Shown here: piece after piece, positions 1 through 10,930 of the stretch
Position numbering within the stretch: position 1 is the stretch's first letter
How the letters are laid out: each line of letters begins with the position of its first letter
Source: Candidatus Bathyarchaeota archaeon
GTDB lineage: Archaea; Thermoproteota; Bathyarchaeia; Bathyarchaeales; Bathycorpusculaceae
Direction of reading: 5' to 3'
Assembly: GCA_963833575.1 (NCBI GenBank)
Contig: CAWHXY010000007.1
Location: 96,001 to 160,000, forward strand
Length of the DNA stretch: 64,000 nt
The notes under the pieces: generated by a model
What the model was told of the DNA's origin: nothing
The model's input: only the letters and a program-made list of their open reading frames with translations
Database searches by the model: none
Position numbers and translations under genes: made by a program

Positions 1-2763
1 ACAGTTAGCGCAGCATTGCTAGCAAACAGCTACAGATTCCACAACTACAAACTTACAATTACGGCTCCAGACGGAACAAACTCAACACAAACTTTCGCAA
101 TTGTCCAAGACACCACATCAAACCAATACGCAACATATGTTCCATCCCAAACTGGCACTTACACTTTCACATTTAACTATCCAGGCGAACCATACGTTGG
201 TTACGAAAAATCAATACTTGTGAACGATACTTACCTGCCAAGTTCTGCTTCAACAGCAGTCACCGTTCAGCAAACTGCCATACCTCTACCGGTAAATAGC
301 TATCCTCTTCCCGAAGCATACTGGACCCATCCAATCTACGGTGAAAACACCGACTGGTGGACAATCTCATCAAACTGGTTAGGTTCAGGTAACCCCGTTC
401 CAGCAGGCTACACTAGCTCAACACTGTATCATGGAGACGCAGTAGGACCACAAACAGGACACGTAATGTGGACAAAGCCACTTCAATTCGGAGGAGTTGT
501 CGGCGGTAACCAATTTGTCGCTGGCGGTTCAAATCCAAACGGAGCAGTTCCAGGCGCAGCCTACTTCGACGGTGTTTCGTATCAGCCAAGATTCACAAAC
601 CCAATCATAATCAATGGATACCTATTCTACACTGAAGTATCATCATTTACAGGTCCCACAAGCGGGCCAACCGATGCAGTTGATCTTCGCACAGGGCAAG
701 TTCTTTGGTCCAAGATGATTCCACCACTATCATTTGGCTACATATTCAACCTCTGGGATCCAGACCAACACGGAGTCTATCCACCAGTATTAGTTGCCCA
801 AATCGGAGGCGGCGTTACCGGTCTGCCTGTTACATGGATGTTGATTGACGCTTACACAGGCGTTGGTCTCTTCAATGTAACTGATATTCCAGGATTCGCC
901 GGACAAACAGGCCAAACCGTAGGAGGACAACCAGCCACAGCTCTCACAACATTTACAGCAGCAGGACCAAACGGTGAACCTCTAAGATACGTCTTTGAAA
1001 ACGCAGGCACATCTGCAAATCCAAACTGGTATCTTGCTGAATGGAACATGTCAAAACTTTGGCTTTATGACGTTAACCCATACACTGGCGGCGGAAGTCT
1101 ATCACCTGATGTTGTCAATGTCACTGTTGGAAATGGCGGTGGAAACCTCGTTGTTAACATGCCTATCCCACTTGCAGGCGAAACTGGTACTACTCCAGCT
1201 GGAGGCTCGGTCTTTATCCCATATGGTTCTACAATAACCGTTAATGGAAGCACTACTATCGCTCAAGGCAATGCTATATCCTCAGCTAACCCAACAGGTA
1301 AGTATGATTGGAACGTTTCGGTTCCTTGGCTAAACACCATGCCTCTGCAACCCGCATATAACGTTAACACGGGCGCAATAGTTCCACAAGTTATGCAGGG
1401 AAATTGTCCAACATTCCTCGCTGCAGGCGGAGTTAATCCAGTATCTATTGTCGCAGCTAACACCGGAGACATTATGCTCTGCAGAAACGGCACTCTACCC
1501 ACTGGTTATGCTACCACTACCACAGGCTATCCACAATTACCATACACAATGTTCGCTGTTAACCTCAACGCATCTCGCGGAGCCATCGGTTCAATTCTTT
1601 GGATGCAAAACTATAATCCACCAGCAGGCAACATCACTTTGCAACAGAGCGCAGTTGATTATCAGAACCGAGTCTTCATTCTTAGTTACAGAGAAACGAT
1701 GCAGTGGATAGCTTACAATCTTGACACCGGCGCGTTAATGTGGGGTCCAACACCATCGCAAGCAGCTTTTGACTACTACGGTACACCAGGTGTTCCTACG
1801 TTGACAGCTACACTTGCATACGGCAAACTCTATAGCATGTCATTTGCAGGGATAATGTACACATACGACATCAAGACGGGAAATCTACTATGGACATATG
1901 GAAATGGCGGTGAAGGCAACACAACTTTCGCAGGCTTTGCTACACCCTACGGAGTCTATCCAACTTTCGTACAATCTATTGCCAACGGAATAGTCTACAT
2001 AGCAACTGATGAACACACAATACCAGACCCTCTCTACAAAGGCTCAACCACAGCAGGCATTAACGCCACATCAGGACAAGAAATATGGACACTTTCAGAC
2101 TATCCAGCTGAATGGTCATCCAGCGGCACGGCGTACGTTGTCGCAGACGGCTATGCAACATTCATGAATAGTTACGACAACAATATCTACAGTGTAGGCA
2201 GAGGACCAAGCGCAACCACAGTACAGGCGCCACTAACTGCGATCACAGCAGGCGACAAAGTAGTCATACAAGGCACAGTAATGGACATTTCAGCAGGCAC
2301 AAAACAAACCCAACAAGCAGCTGACTTCCCAAGTGGAGTTCCAGTTGCATCCGATGCAAGCATGAAAGACTGGATGGGCTACGTCTACCAACAGAAACCG
2401 CTTCCAACCAACTTTACAGGCGTTCCAGTGTCAATAATCGCTATTGATCCAAACGGTAACTACATCACTATTGGCAATGCCCAAACCAGCGCAAATGGCT
2501 TATACTACTTTACTTGGACTACTCCAAGTGTTCCAGGCGACTACTCCATCTACGCTACATTCGCTGGCACAAACGGTTACTGGCCATCAACAGCACAGAC
2601 TACAGTCAACGTAGAGCAAGCACCATCTCACACTGCAGCACCTACATCAACACCAGTATCTATGGCTGATCAATACTTCCTACCAGTATCTGCAGTCTTG
2701 ATAATCGCAATAATCATAGTTGGTGTCTTAGTAGCACTATCTATGTTTAGAAAGCGACCATAA
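1..2763 (+). CDS. PQQ-like beta-propeller repeat cell-surface protein, 5'-truncated by the window edge
   Basis: Frame is open to position 1. Repeated Trp-docking motifs (DLRTGQVLW, NLDTGALMW, DIKTGNLLW, NATSGQEIW), Ig-like C-terminal region, Thr/Pro linker, TM helix and RKRP tail. Paralog of 28169..30736. Confidence 0.85.
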   Translation, partial: TVSAALLANSYRFHNYKLTITAPDGTNSTQTFAIVQDTTSNQYATYVPSQTGTYTFTFNYPGEPYVGYEKSILVNDTYLPSSASTAVTVQQTAIPLPVNSYPLPEAYWTHPIYGENTDWWTISSNWLGSGNPVPAGYTSSTLYHGDAVGPQTGHVMWTKPLQFGGVVGGNQFVAGGSNPNGAVPGAAYFDGVSYQPRFTNPIIINGYLFYTEVSSFTGPTSGPTDAVDLRTGQVLWSKMIPPLSFGYIFNLWDPDQHGVYPPVLVAQIGGGVTGLPVTWMLIDAYTGVGLFNVTDIPGFAGQTGQTVGGQPATALTTFTAAGPNGEPLRYVFENAGTSANPNWYLAEWNMSKLWLYDVNPYTGGGSLSPDVVNVTVGNGGGNLVVNMPIPLAGETGTTPAGGSVFIPYGSTITVNGSTTIAQGNAISSANPTGKYDWNVSVPWLNTMPLQPAYNVNTGAIVPQVMQGNCPTFLAAGGVNPVSIVAANTGDIMLCRNGTLPTGYATTTTGYPQLPYTMFAVNLNASRGAIGSILWMQNYNPPAGNITLQQSAVDYQNRVFILSYRETMQWIAYNLDTGALMWGPTPSQAAFDYYGTPGVPTLTATLAYGKLYSMSFAGIMYTYDIKTGNLLWTYGNGGEGNTTFAGFATPYGVYPTFVQSIANGIVYIATDEHTIPDPLYKGSTTAGINATSGQEIWTLSDYPAEWSSSGTAYVVADGYATFMNSYDNNIYSVGRGPSATTVQAPLTAITAGDKVVIQGTVMDISAGTKQTQQAADFPSGVPVASDASMKDWMGYVYQQKPLPTNFTGVPVSIIAIDPNGNYITIGNAQTSANGLYYFTWTTPSVPGDYSIYATFAGTNGYWPSTAQTTVNVEQAPSHTAAPTSTPVSMADQYFLPVSAVLIIAIIIVGVLVALSMFRKRP

Positions 2764-2778
2764 GAACACAAAAATACC

Positions 2779-2796
2779 TTTTTTCTTTTTTTTCTT
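2779..2796 (+). terminator. Poly-T archaeal terminator
   Basis: T-tract TTTTTTCTTTTTTTTCTT just after the stop codon, between convergent genes. Confidence 0.55.
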
Positions 2797-2911
2797 CAAT
2801 TAAACATAATAGTAGATCTAGAACTTGATTTTTTAAATTTATATCGATTTTAAGGATTTTGATAACAACAAAAATCTGAGAAATGAAAAAAGATGAAAAT
2901 TGCGGAAGAGG

Positions 2912-4840
2912 CTACTTTACTTTGTAGTCCTCTGAGTCAACAACTTTCTCTTCACCAGAGCCTTCTGGGCTTGGTCCTTCAGGTCCGCCGCTTGGGGGTG
3001 GTTGAGGTCCAGTTCCTGTTTCTGGTCCTTGACCTGGTTGCTGTCCTTGTTGTTTAGCGTATTCTGAAGCTGCTTGCTGGTATACTTTGGTTCCGACTTC
3101 CTGCAGAACTTTTTGGAGCAAGTCAGATTTTGCTTTAACCTGGGTCATGTCATTGGTTGCCAATGCGTTCTTGAGTTCTGTTACGGCTGTGTCGATTTTG
3201 GCGACTTCTTCTTGTGAAATTTTGCCAGCAAGATCTGTCTTGGTTCGTTCGGCTGTGTAAACGAGGCTGTCAGCATTGTTTCGGGTTTCGGCTTCTTCTC
3301 TTTTCTTTTTGTCTTGTTCTGCGTATTGGTCGGCGTCTTTGATCAGGCGTTCTTTTTCCTCTTTGGACAGTTTTGTGGATGCGGTTATTCGTATTTTTGA
3401 CTCTTTTCCTGTGCCCAAGTCTTTGGCCGTGACGTTTAATATTCCGTTGGCGTCTATATCAAAGGTTACTTCTATCTGCGGGACACCTCTTGGCGCTGGC
3501 GGCAAATCTACGAGATTAAAAGTTCCAAGTGAAACGTTGTCACCAGCCATTGCCCGTTCACCTTGAAGTACGTGAATGGTGACCGCAGTTTGGAAGTCAG
3601 CTGCGGTAGTGAAGATTTGGCTTCTTTTAGTTGGAATCGTAGTGTTTTTGTCCATTACTTTAGTCATTACTCCGCCCATAGTTTCTAAACCAAGCGTTAA
3701 TGGGGTGACATCAAGTAGTAGTAGGTCAGTAACTTCGCCTGATACGACTCCGCCTTGGATTGCTGCACCGATGGCTACGCTTTCCATAGGGTCTATGCCG
3801 CGTTCAGGGGCTTTGCCTAAGATTTGCTCGACGAATCTTTGCACAAGGGGCATTCTAGTCATGCCGCCAATTAAGATGATTTTGTCTATTCCTTGTGGAG
3901 TTAGTTTTGCATCTTCGAGAGCTTTAAGAAGAGTAGGTTGTGTTCGTTGCACTATTGGTTGTGCTAATGATTCTAGTTTTGTCCTGGTTAACGTAAGATG
4001 TAGATGTTTGGGTCCGGAAGCGTCTGCAGTTAAGAATGGCAAGTCAATATCTGTACTCATTAACGTAGAAAGTTCGATTTTGGCTTTTTCTGCAGCGTCT
4101 TTTAGCCTTGGCATTGCCATTCTGTCACTTGAGATATCTATGCCTGTTTGGCGTTTGAACTCGCCTAAGATATAGTCCATTACTGCTTTGTCAACGTCAG
4201 TTCCACCGAGTTGGGTGTCACCACTTGTGCTGAGCACTTGGAAGACCCCTTTTCCAAAATCCATTACCGTCACATCGTGAGTGCCGCCGCCGAAACTAAA
4301 AATAAGAATTTTCATTTCCTGCTGCAACTTGTCTATTCCATAAGCTAGGCATGCAGCTGTTGGTTCGTTGATTATTCGCATAACTTGGAAGCCTGCAATT
4401 TCTCCCGCGTCTTTGGTGGCTTGGCGTTGATTGTCGTTGAAATGTGCTGGGACAGTAATGACTGCTTTGTTTATTGTTCCACCTAAGTAGATTTCAGCAT
4501 CTTTTTTTATCTTTTGAAGAATAAACGCTGAAATTTGCTGCGGACTGTATTCTTTTCCGTAAATGTTGACTTTGTAGTCAGTGCCCATTTTGCGTTTTAT
4601 TTCAAAAACTGTTCCTTCTGGGTTGGTAGCTGCTTGGCGTTTCGCCGGTTCTCCTACCAAGAGTTGTCCATCTTTTGTGAAGGCTACAACTGATGGGAAC
4701 ATTTTTCCAGCCATAGTTGGGCCTTCCGCACTTGGAATAACCGTGGCATGTCCGCCTTCATATATGGCAGCTGCTGAATTGGTTGTTCCTAAGTCTATTC
4801 CTAATACTTTTTGATTTGTTTTTTGATTTTGATTGCTCAT
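2912..4840 (-). CDS. dnaK: Chaperone DnaK (Hsp70)
   Basis: [43 protein letters not shown] motifs. Confidence 0.98.
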   Translation of the reverse strand: MSNQNQKTNQKVLGIDLGTTNSAAAIYEGGHATVIPSAEGPTMAGKMFPSVVAFTKDGQLLVGEPAKRQAATNPEGTVFEIKRKMGTDYKVNIYGKEYSPQQISAFILQKIKKDAEIYLGGTINKAVITVPAHFNDNQRQATKDAGEIAGFQVMRIINEPTAACLAYGIDKLQQEMKILIFSFGGGTHDVTVMDFGKGVFQVLSTSGDTQLGGTDVDKAVMDYILGEFKRQTGIDISSDRMAMPRLKDAAEKAKIELSTLMSTDIDLPFLTADASGPKHLHLTLTRTKLESLAQPIVQRTQPTLLKALEDAKLTPQGIDKIILIGGMTRMPLVQRFVEQILGKAPERGIDPMESVAIGAAIQGGVVSGEVTDLLLLDVTPLTLGLETMGGVMTKVMDKNTTIPTKRSQIFTTAADFQTAVTIHVLQGERAMAGDNVSLGTFNLVDLPPAPRGVPQIEVTFDIDANGILNVTAKDLGTGKESKIRITASTKLSKEEKERLIKDADQYAEQDKKKREEAETRNNADSLVYTAERTKTDLAGKISQEEVAKIDTAVTELKNALATNDMTQVKAKSDLLQKVLQEVGTKVYQQAASEYAKQQGQQPGQGPETGTGPQPPPSGGPEGPSPEGSGEEKVVDSEDYKVK

Positions 4841-5371
4841 TTATTTTTTTTCCTCCGTTTGGTTACTTTGATTTTTTGGTTTAACTGATACCTTGACGAT
4901 TGTAGGTCTGATAACTTTACCCCTCATAAGGTAACCTTTTCTTATTTCCTCAAGGACGGTGCCATCAGCGACATCATCTTGTTCTACAACGGCAATTGCA
5001 TTATGTCGTGAGGGGTCAAAAAGCTTACCTTCTGGGTTATCTATTGCTGTTACGCCTTCTTGCTCAAGAACCTTTCTGAATTTTTTTAGCGTCATTTCTA
5101 CGCCTTCTATCAGAGATTCGGGCGAGATGGAGATCTCACCGTTTTTGACCGCTAACTCCAACTCATCAACAACATCTAATAAATTTATAACTAGCCGTTC
5201 GATGCAGTAATTTTTTACCTGCTCGGCTTCTCTTTCTGATCTTTTTTTGATGTTTTCTAGATCAGCTTGCAAATACTTTAGCCTACTTAAGTAGTCTTCT
5301 GATCGTTTTCTTTCGCTATCCAAAAGCTGTTCTAAATTGTTAACAGACTGCTCTTTTTGATCTTCAACCAT
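4841..5371 (-). CDS. grpE: Nucleotide exchange factor GrpE
   Basis: YLQADLENIKKR, LLDVVDELE, FDPSRHNA, KGYLMRGKVIRP; abuts dnaK; start taken at ATG 5371 (MVEDQ). Confidence 0.95.
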   Translation of the reverse strand: MVEDQKEQSVNNLEQLLDSERKRSEDYLSRLKYLQADLENIKKRSEREAEQVKNYCIERLVINLLDVVDELELAVKNGEISISPESLIEGVEMTLKKFRKVLEQEGVTAIDNPEGKLFDPSRHNAIAVVEQDDVADGTVLEEIRKGYLMRGKVIRPTIVKVSVKPKNQSNQTEEKK

Positions 5372-5515
5372 AGCGGCTAATCCCTTGTTGCTCAAAACCA
5401 ATCTTATACTGTTAAAGAAAAATTTTTCTCTCTTAAAAAGAATTTGGCGCAAAAATGTGTAATAATAAAGTCTTTTAAAGCTAAAAGCTCAACTAATCGC
5501 GAGGAAAAAAGGTTA

Positions 5516-6595
5516 TCAGCCGATTAGGCGTTTCACTTTAGGAATCTTCTTGAGTGGAACAATGATTGCGAGGCAGATAAGCAATGTCACGAAGGTGACT
5601 AATGGGATTTCTATTATTGGGTTAATTGTAGTTACGCTTATTTTAAAGCCCAAATATCCTTTTTGTAGCGTTTCTAGCACAATAACGTGAAACAGGTAAA
5701 TCGGCAGAATATTCTGACTGATCAACTTAAGCGCTTGGTTGCCCTTTGCGAAACGATTTTCAAATGTTCGGGCAGAAACAGAAAGTAGCATAAGGAACAA
5801 AACAACTGAACTAGTTATTACACTGATACTAGAAGCGTCAAGAAAGAATTGACTATAGGTTTCTCCAATTGTTCCAATCAAAAAATAAGTGCCGATTATT
5901 GTCCAAATGGAACTTAAAACAAGACATAAGAAAAGAATCGATGGCCGAAGCTTTAACTTTGTCACGTAAGCACCTAAAACAAAATAACCTATCATTCCGG
6001 TTAGAACAAAAACGGTTTGTTTAAACCATACAGCTTGTGGACTGATGGAGGAATAAAGCGTGAGAAGAGGCACTACAGCAGTACCCAAAAACCAAAGTAA
6101 CAAAAAATATTTTATAATTCTTATATCTGCGTGTTCTACTAGAACACGAATGATAGGAGTTAGAAGGTATAAACCGACTAGAAGATATAGAAACCAGAAG
6201 TGAAAATAGGGTCCTGCAAGTAAACCTTGAATTATGGCGTTTAGACTAAATGTTTCTCCTCTAACAATGAATCGCCATGCAAAATAGATTGCCGCCCAAA
6301 ATAGAATTGGTATACCTATCCGATTCCATCGTTTCTTTAAAAAAACTCTTATGGGCTCATTCAGTTTGCTTGGTTGAAGCAGAAGAGCGCCAGTTAACAT
6401 GATGAATAATGGTACGCATGTTAATGAGAATGACTCGTAAGCATGAGATGTCCACCATAACTGAACTCCTTGCGGAGACATAAAGTCGACCGTCAAATTC
6501 GGCTCAATCGCTGCATGGAGTAAAATAACTAAAACTATAGCTACTGTACGGATAAGATCTACAGGAATAGAAATATCCCCGTTTTTTGGGTACAA
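5516..6595 (-). CDS. Acyltransferase family 3 (AT3) membrane O-acyltransferase
   Basis: DLIRTVAIVLVILLH, VPLFIMLTGALL, HFWFLY, IYLFH motifs; about 10 TM segments. Confidence 0.9.
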   Translation of the reverse strand: MYPKNGDISIPVDLIRTVAIVLVILLHAAIEPNLTVDFMSPQGVQLWWTSHAYESFSLTCVPLFIMLTGALLLQPSKLNEPIRVFLKKRWNRIGIPILFWAAIYFAWRFIVRGETFSLNAIIQGLLAGPYFHFWFLYLLVGLYLLTPIIRVLVEHADIRIIKYFLLLWFLGTAVVPLLTLYSSISPQAVWFKQTVFVLTGMIGYFVLGAYVTKLKLRPSILFLCLVLSSIWTIIGTYFLIGTIGETYSQFFLDASSISVITSSVVLFLMLLSVSARTFENRFAKGNQALKLISQNILPIYLFHVIVLETLQKGYLGFKISVTTINPIIEIPLVTFVTLLICLAIIVPLKKIPKVKRLIG

Positions 6596-6768
6596 TTTCG
6601 GTCCCTTTAATCTCCAACTATGTTCTTTATGGATAAATTGTTAATAATACTTTGCATTATTGCCTAAAACGATGTCAAATAAAGAAAATAGGCTGTTTTA
6701 ACCGAACATGCCCAAATTAGCTTAATCAAAGAAACAAGTCGCTGAGATTCGAAAACTTAATTCATGAA

Positions 6769-7449
6769 TCACGGATTGACGAGTTCTTGAGAAATTATCG
6801 CGTTATCTACTTCGGATGCGATAAGCGCCGTTCCTTCGCCATTTGGATGGACACCATCCATGAAATAGTCTGAATGATTAGTAAAAGCATTGTAGACATT
6901 AACTGTCGGTAAATTAAGAGTGGTCGCCAAGTTGTCAATTTGCGGAATAACATCATTGGCAAGATATGTATTGTTGTAGTCTGGATTACTGGTAAATATT
7001 GGTGGTGAGTCAACTACAAAAATTTGAGGGTTGCTCTTAAGATTTTGGAAAGATGAAAGAAGCAGACTGTAAGTTTCTTCAAAAGTTTTATTGTATTGAC
7101 TAAGGTCCGTGCGAGCATCGTTAGTTCCCAGCATAATAACTACAACTTTTGGTTCGAATTCTTCAGCTTTTTGAAACGCGGTCTGGTTCATATACGGTTT
7201 TGTAGAATTAAGTGACACCGTGGAACCGCTTACTCCAAAGTTTCCCACGACGTACTTACTGCCCAGCATCAATTGCAGCTTTGCAGGGTACCCGCTTGCT
7301 TGAGTAATGCTATCGCCAACGCATGCGACTCGAATTGGTTTATGTGGCAGTTCCATAAATTGAGCATTCATTTCTTGAAAGGCGGCCATGTACGATGCCA
7401 TTATCATTATTATGGCTCCTACTGCATATATTGTCATTTTATTATTCAT
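6769..7449 (-). CDS. Secreted SGNH/GDSL esterase
   Basis: N-terminal hydrophobic signal; GDSIT, NFGVSG, LGTND and DGVHP blocks. Confidence 0.92.
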   Translation of the reverse strand: MNNKMTIYAVGAIIMIMASYMAAFQEMNAQFMELPHKPIRVACVGDSITQASGYPAKLQLMLGSKYVVGNFGVSGSTVSLNSTKPYMNQTAFQKAEEFEPKVVVIMLGTNDARTDLSQYNKTFEETYSLLLSSFQNLKSNPQIFVVDSPPIFTSNPDYNNTYLANDVIPQIDNLATTLNLPTVNVYNAFTNHSDYFMDGVHPNGEGTALIASEVDNAIISQELVNP

Positions 7450-7813
7450 GTTTTTTCAGGTCTGCCCAGCAATTCTTAGCCTTAAGTCTACATTGAATTT
7501 TGGCTCGTCTTTTGCAAAGTAATTTCCATGCGTTTAAAGCTAAAAGAAGGTTAAAGAACCCATAAATATGCTTGACGGTGTGAAGATTGTTTTTGGAACT
7601 TACAGGACTTGCAGTAGCCCAATGTTTCTCAAACAATAACGTAACGAAGAGACTTCAAGTAACGGCCAAGCTTTTTTGGAGAGGAAATCAAGCTCATCTG
7701 CTTTAAATTATAGCTTTTTCAAATTAACGTAAATTGATGATTGTTGAACAAGAAATGAAGTTGTAAATAATATTACCGCAACTTGAAACAAAAATTTGGG
7801 AATAGACGAGGCT

Positions 7814-10618
7814 TCAATTAAGATTTAGTTGTTTTTTAACTTCATTTTCAGCCGCTTTAACTGCTTCTATCAATTTGTCAGGTTTCGTTCCTCCGCCTTG
7901 CGCAAAGTTGGCTCTGCCGCCGCCTCCGCCGCCAAAAATGTGTGCAACCTCCTTGATAATGAGGTTTGCGTTTATGCCTTTCTGGATTGCTGTTTCACCA
8001 GCCATAACCATGAGTCTGCAGGTCTTTCTGTCCGAACCATAAAAAATGGTTACAGTTGCTTCATTGTGCTTTATCATTTCGCTGGCGGTTTTCACCATGC
8101 GGTCAACATCAATAACTTCGCCGAAGTCACGTTTGAAAATTGATGTACCATCCATTTCCAATGTTTTCTCGTCAGTTTTCGTTTGCCCAACTGAGCTTTC
8201 TGCTAGTTCCTTGATTAGCTTGCGTTTCTCAACATTGACTTCTTTTAGTTCTTTTGCGATTTTCTCAGCTGTCTTATCCAACTTATCTATAGGTGCCATT
8301 AAAGCTTCAGAGACTTTCCAGAGTAGGGCTTCCTGTTTCTGCACTGCCTTCAATGCTTCTAACCCAACCGCGTAGCCTAACCGTTCAACTCCGTCTTGCA
8401 CGCGTTCTGTATAAACAATTTTGACAAAGCCCACTTCTAAAGTGCTTCCAAGGTGAGTTCCAGCGCAAGCTTCAACATCCCAATCGCCCGTCTTCACTAC
8501 CCGGATGTCTTTGCCTGGGACTGCGCCGCCTTGATAGAGCCTGAAGCCGTAAAGTGCTTCGGCCTCATTTCGAGGATACCATTTTATTTCAACTTTCATG
8601 TTAGCAGCGATAGCTCCATTTGCCAACGTTTCTATTTTGTGGGCTTCTTCTTGGCTTAATCTTTTGTAATGTGAAATGTCGAGTCGTGACGTTTCTAAAC
8701 CCTTCTGGGTTCCAGACTGCCAGACATGTTCCCCCAAAACTCTTCTTGCTGCTCCATTAATTAAATGCGTAACAGTATGAGCTTTCATCAACGAGTAGCG
8801 TCTGTTCCAGTCTAAAATGCCGTGAACTGTGCTGCCTTCTTTGACTGTTGGCAAGGTTGCGATTTTATGTATTATGACTTTGCCTATCTTTTGGGTATCA
8901 ACCACATCGAATTTTGAAGTGCCTGCTTTGAGCAATCCGTGGTCCGCCGGTTGCCCTCCGCCCTCTGGGTAAAAGCAGGTCCTATCCAAAACGACATATT
9001 TGTCGTTGATTACTCTTAGTACTTTAGCATCGAACTCCTGCATGTAAGTGTCAGTGTAGTAGAGTTGCTCTGTTGCTGGTAATTGTTCAGCTATTTTCTC
9101 GAGTGTTTTTTCAGCTTGGGTCTCTTCCTCTTCGGCTGGTTTAGTTGCTTGCATATGGCGTTTAGCAATTAATGCATAAAAGTTCTCAGGGAGCTCTACT
9201 TGCACGCCTTCTTTCTCTGCTGCTTGCTTGACAATTTCAGGTGGAAGTCCGTGTGAGTCGTACAGCTCCGTTAGCGTGTCCATAGGTAGTTTGCCTGTGC
9301 CTTTTGCTTTTAGGTCGTTGGCTATCCGCTTAACCATGCCTTCCCCGCGCTGAAGAGTTTCCTTGAACTTTTCTTCCTCAACTTTAAGCATTTCAACAAT
9401 CTCGTTTTGCATTTCTTTGAGGCGTGGGAAGTCTTTTGACCAGTAATCAACTTGCATGTCTACAATGTCATAGAGTTTTGCTGGATCCATGTTTAGGGTT
9501 CGCATTAGACGGTAAACTCTGCGGAATAATAGTCTTGCCAAGTATCCTTCTTGGATGTTGGATGGGACGACGCCTTCGGAAAGTATGAAACTTAATGTTT
9601 TAGTGTGGTCGGTTACTGCCCATGCGTTCTCAATAGGAACCAACACTTCTTCAAGTGTTTTTATGTCGATTCCTGCAAGTTCTGCCACTCGCCTGCGGGT
9701 AACCATTCTGTTCGCGTTCTTGTCAACGCTTACTAAACCCGAGTACTTAGCCACTCGAGCCAAAAACTCGTCATCAACATTGGTTATGCCCGCCATAGCG
9801 TAGATTTTGTCGATCATTTTTCCATAAATCGCTTGGAATGCACTTGTTTCTCCCTGACTGATCCATGCAAATCGATCAATGCCATACCCTGTATCTACGG
9901 TGCGTATGGGCAACTCGACAAATTCGTCGCCGACAACCTTGTACTGCATAAATACCAATGTGCCAACCTCTATGCCTCGGCATATGCATTCTACATCTGG
10001 ACCAGCGTTGCCTCCGCCAATCCATACGCCTTCTTTGTAAATGACTTCTTCCGACTTTATTCCTAGCGCTTCCGTGGCGAAGCGGTGGTGGAAACGAACG
10101 GTGTCATCTTTCCAGTACACTTCTTTGTCTGGATAGTTGAATGCGTGAGCTCCGCCCATCTCGAAGATGGTTAGGTGCCTGCCGAAGGTGGGGCCTGTAT
10201 TGGAAATATCTGTAAGTCTGATAGATGGCTGAGAAATTACCAGCGGATTTGCCGGTGGCGGAGCAATACCTTCAGTCACGTAAGGTTGAAAGTCAATTAT
10301 GCTTGCGTGCGTTAAGTAAATGTCTTTGCGCCATCTGGCAACAACGGGGTAAGGTTTGATGCGGGTGTGTCCGTTTTTTTCGAAAAAACTGAGAAATGCT
10401 TCTCTCATCTCTGAAAGGCTGAAGCTTCTTTTTGTGGCTGGATTATTGATGAAAGTGTAGTATCCGCATTCATCAGAGGTGGATTCGCCGCAAGTCTCTT
10501 GATGAGCGTTTTGAGTCCAATAGTACTCTCCGCATTTGGGACAATGCTTTCTAACGAACCCTTCCTCTTTAAAGAATGGAAGCGCATAAGCTTCTGCTGG
10601 AAACGTTTTCTCAACCAT
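7814..10618 (-). CDS. alaS: Alanine--tRNA ligase (archaeal type)
   Basis: N-terminal CPKC Zn ribbon, PPANPL, VDTGYG, FYPEGGGQ, editing HxxxH plus CAGTH, C-terminal GGGG-AQGGG. Confidence 0.98.
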   Translation of the reverse strand: MVEKTFPAEAYALPFFKEEGFVRKHCPKCGEYYWTQNAHQETCGESTSDECGYYTFINNPATKRSFSLSEMREAFLSFFEKNGHTRIKPYPVVARWRKDIYLTHASIIDFQPYVTEGIAPPPANPLVISQPSIRLTDISNTGPTFGRHLTIFEMGGAHAFNYPDKEVYWKDDTVRFHHRFATEALGIKSEEVIYKEGVWIGGGNAGPDVECICRGIEVGTLVFMQYKVVGDEFVELPIRTVDTGYGIDRFAWISQGETSAFQAIYGKMIDKIYAMAGITNVDDEFLARVAKYSGLVSVDKNANRMVTRRRVAELAGIDIKTLEEVLVPIENAWAVTDHTKTLSFILSEGVVPSNIQEGYLARLLFRRVYRLMRTLNMDPAKLYDIVDMQVDYWSKDFPRLKEMQNEIVEMLKVEEEKFKETLQRGEGMVKRIANDLKAKGTGKLPMDTLTELYDSHGLPPEIVKQAAEKEGVQVELPENFYALIAKRHMQATKPAEEEETQAEKTLEKIAEQLPATEQLYYTDTYMQEFDAKVLRVINDKYVVLDRTCFYPEGGGQPADHGLLKAGTSKFDVVDTQKIGKVIIHKIATLPTVKEGSTVHGILDWNRRYSLMKAHTVTHLINGAARRVLGEHVWQSGTQKGLETSRLDISHYKRLSQEEAHKIETLANGAIAANMKVEIKWYPRNEAEALYGFRLYQGGAVPGKDIRVVKTGDWDVEACAGTHLGSTLEVGFVKIVYTERVQDGVERLGYAVGLEALKAVQKQEALLWKVSEALMAPIDKLDKTAEKIAKELKEVNVEKRKLIKELAESSVGQTKTDEKTLEMDGTSIFKRDFGEVIDVDRMVKTASEMIKHNEATVTIFYGSDRKTCRLMVMAGETAIQKGINANLIIKEVAHIFGGGGGGRANFAQGGGTKPDKLIEAVKAAENEVKKQLNLN

Positions 10619-10761
10619 GCCGTTTGCCTCTTTTAGCCTGCTAGATAGTTTGCGTATGGAAGAGGGTTTATGGGTTTCAGTGATTTAAAGGATTTCAATA
10701 CAAAAAGAAGTTTGTTAGCTAAAGGTTACAGTAACGTTCGGTTTGGGTGTTCGTTGTTTTT

Positions 10762-10829
10762 GGTGCAATTTTTTTTCTTTGTGTTTTGAGTTGCTTTCTT
10801 GATTTAGGCTTTGATTTGATTGCAGGTTG
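10762..10829 (+). repeat. Conserved ~68-bp leader of the AbrB module, copy 1
   Basis: GGTGCAATTTTTTTTCTTTGTGTTTTGAGTTGCTTT...ATTGCAGGTTG matches 18829..18895 at about 57/68 positions by manual alignment. Confidence 0.85.
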
Positions 10830-10830
10830 C

Positions 10831-10914
10831 GTAGGAATTCGGCTAGATTCGTACAGTTTCGTACAGAAAAGTATAAAAAAGTAGAAAAAAGGTTAGAAAA
10901 GTATAAAAAAGGTT
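10831..10914 (+). repeat. 10-bp-period degenerate tandem array
   Basis: Units GTAGGAATTC GGCTAGATTC GTACAGTTTC GTACAGAAAA GTATAAAAAA GTAGAAAAAA GGTTAGAAAA GTATAAAAAA GGTT. Confidence 0.8.
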
Positions 10915-10930
10915 GTTGGAGAGATAGGTT

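Noticed and set aside
3276-4814. Long antisense ORFs over dnaK, and similar ones over alaS, npdG and DGGGP synthase
   Set aside because: Codon-bias shadows of well-supported opposite-strand genes
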